Assembly (NCBI GenBank): GCA_040954595.2
Contig: CM082576.2
Location: 15,237,028 to 15,301,027 of the forward strand
Reading direction: 5' to 3'
Origin: Balanoglossus misakiensis
Taxonomy: Eukaryota; Animalia; Hemichordata
Length of the DNA: 64,000 nucleotides
In this document: in pieces, positions 62,324-64,000 of the stretch
Layout: each line of letters opens with the position of its first letter
Position numbering within the stretch: position 1 is the first letter of the stretch
The notes under the pieces: model-generated
The model's input: only the letters and a program-made list of their open reading frames with translations
The model's database searches: none
Told to the model about the DNA's origin: nothing
Program-made: the position numbers and the translations under genes

Positions 62324-64000
62324 CATGCAGCAAAAACACACCAAATGCTTTAAAACCCACAACTTTTGCGGTGGTCTTGAGTCCAACAACTTTTACTTCG
62401 TTCTAAGATGGCGTCTTCTGGTCATAATCATGTGATTTTGACGACTGGAGGAGGTGTAAAAAGTTATAAAGTAACTATAAGTAAATACACTGCCCTATAC
62501 ACTACAAAGGATGTCAGAATATACAATCAGCTATTAATCAAAATCATGATAAGATATGTCACAGCCTGAGGAATTTTTTGCACACAGCCCTAAATATTTT
62601 CACAATACACTCAACAAATTTACCGCATGCAGCACAAAATAAAACATTGAATACCCAGATTTCTTAATTGTAAAAAAAAATCTAAAATACCATGATAAAC
62701 TTCAACTAGAAAAACAACAATCAATAAATATACAGTGTTACTGTGTTTGTTTTGTAAACATTATCAACTCCACCAAATTTTCTCTATGCATTTGGGAACG
62801 TATAAGTTGTCTACTGAAATCAATCCAATGATATTCATCATTACAGCATAAAGTTTCATTTATAATTTATTAATTAATTAACACTAATTAATTATAAAAT
62901 AGCATTGGCCCCCTGTAAAATTTCTGTTCCGAGTTCCTTGTTCCACACATCCCTAAGGTGCAGTACATCATGTCTAAGTAAGCGTACTTTCTTTTTCTGG
63001 TTAATATTTTATACTCCATTAAACCAGGTATTTTTACAACCAGATTGTAAAATAAAACTTAAAATTTCTAAGAGTACAAAAAGGAATGTGTAGCAACAAT
63101 TCTTTGTGCCGGTATGTAGACCATAAAATGCACAGTCTCAAGTAGTGTCTTACTTCCTCGTTACTAAGAATATAAACTAGGGTACTCTCTCTCCCCCCTC
63201 CCCCTCCCTTCTCTCTCCCCTCCCTCCTCCTTCCTCTCCATTCCTTCTTTCCCTCCCCCACTCTCTCATTCATCGTGCTTCAGTGATACTAGCTAGGTTA
63301 ATCTCCCGCACGTAGGCAAACTGTATGTCACTAAGCACTGGCATTTATAAATGGTTAAATTATTTACACAAGACACTCCGTCTACTTTTTAAGATTAGAA
63401 GTAAAATGACCATAAATAAGTATCAGTTATCTTGAAAGCTGTAGACATCTGTCAATATATTAAAACCCCTATGTCAGGCAGCAAATACATGACTCAGCAA
63501 GGAGTTTCCTTATACAAAATATTTAGGTTGATAGCATATTATCTGGTGTCATGGAATGCAATCAATTTAACATGGACAATTTTTATTTCAATAAAGTACT
63601 ATTTCAGACAGGTGTGATAGCACCAAGCAAACATTATACATCCCTTCATAATTTGGGGAAAACAGAATTACGTAATGCTTCGCTCGATGATTATTTCCCA
63701 CCAAATATGCTACTTTTCACCTTAGAAGTCTTATACATGTACCAAAAACTCGCTAGCTGTTTATAACCTCTAATTAAAAAATCAATTCTGAGATATTGAA
63801 ATTCAATATTTAAAGGAGTATGATCAATCAGCCCTGTAGCATTTTCCTCCCTAGCACTGTAGAATAAAATGAGAAATTTGACTTTTTTTGCCACCTTCCC
63901 TTTAGAGGCTTAAACCGCTACAAACTCACACTGGATTTTTTAAGCCATGAGGAGGTGGTAAGATTTTTTGCACGTAGACTAACATTTGGTATTTGCCAAC

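Overview
AT-rich, intron-containing animal DNA, probably from a marine invertebrate (taxon inferred, not proven). It is not prokaryotic, and most short ORF-track entries are noise or single exons. Host genes rebuilt by hand from GT-AG splice sites: (1) an 8-exon atypical Ser/Thr kinase (+, 16796-20062); (2) a 7-exon flavin-containing monooxygenase (-, 30711-34723); (3) a complete 21-exon, kinase-less DAPK-like ROCO gene (-, 37538-62323). The ROCO gene has an N-terminal MGNICC lipidation motif, an array of one-repeat-per-exon ankyrin cassettes that vary at the binding surface, Roc-COR, and a death domain split by about 9.5 copies of a 42-aa repeat. A decayed OB-fold exon and a cyclin-box pseudogene lie at 10.4-11.6 kb. 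Mobile and repetitive DNA: a 98-bp satellite with splice signals inside a 2306-bp higher-order repeat; a young L1/Tx1-type LINE with a 13-bp TSD; an apparently intact Kolobok transposon (TTAA TSD, transposase plus KolX-like ORF); five Helentron-associated (HINE/DINE-like) elements; a deleted LTR element; CR1, L2, RTEX and Gypsy fragments; several MITEs. The best candidate for a novel system is the ankyrin-cassette ROCO receptor. Next are a duplicated, covarying structured-RNA-like element (13.6 and 15.4 kb) and the OB-fold/cyclin/kinase neighbourhood.
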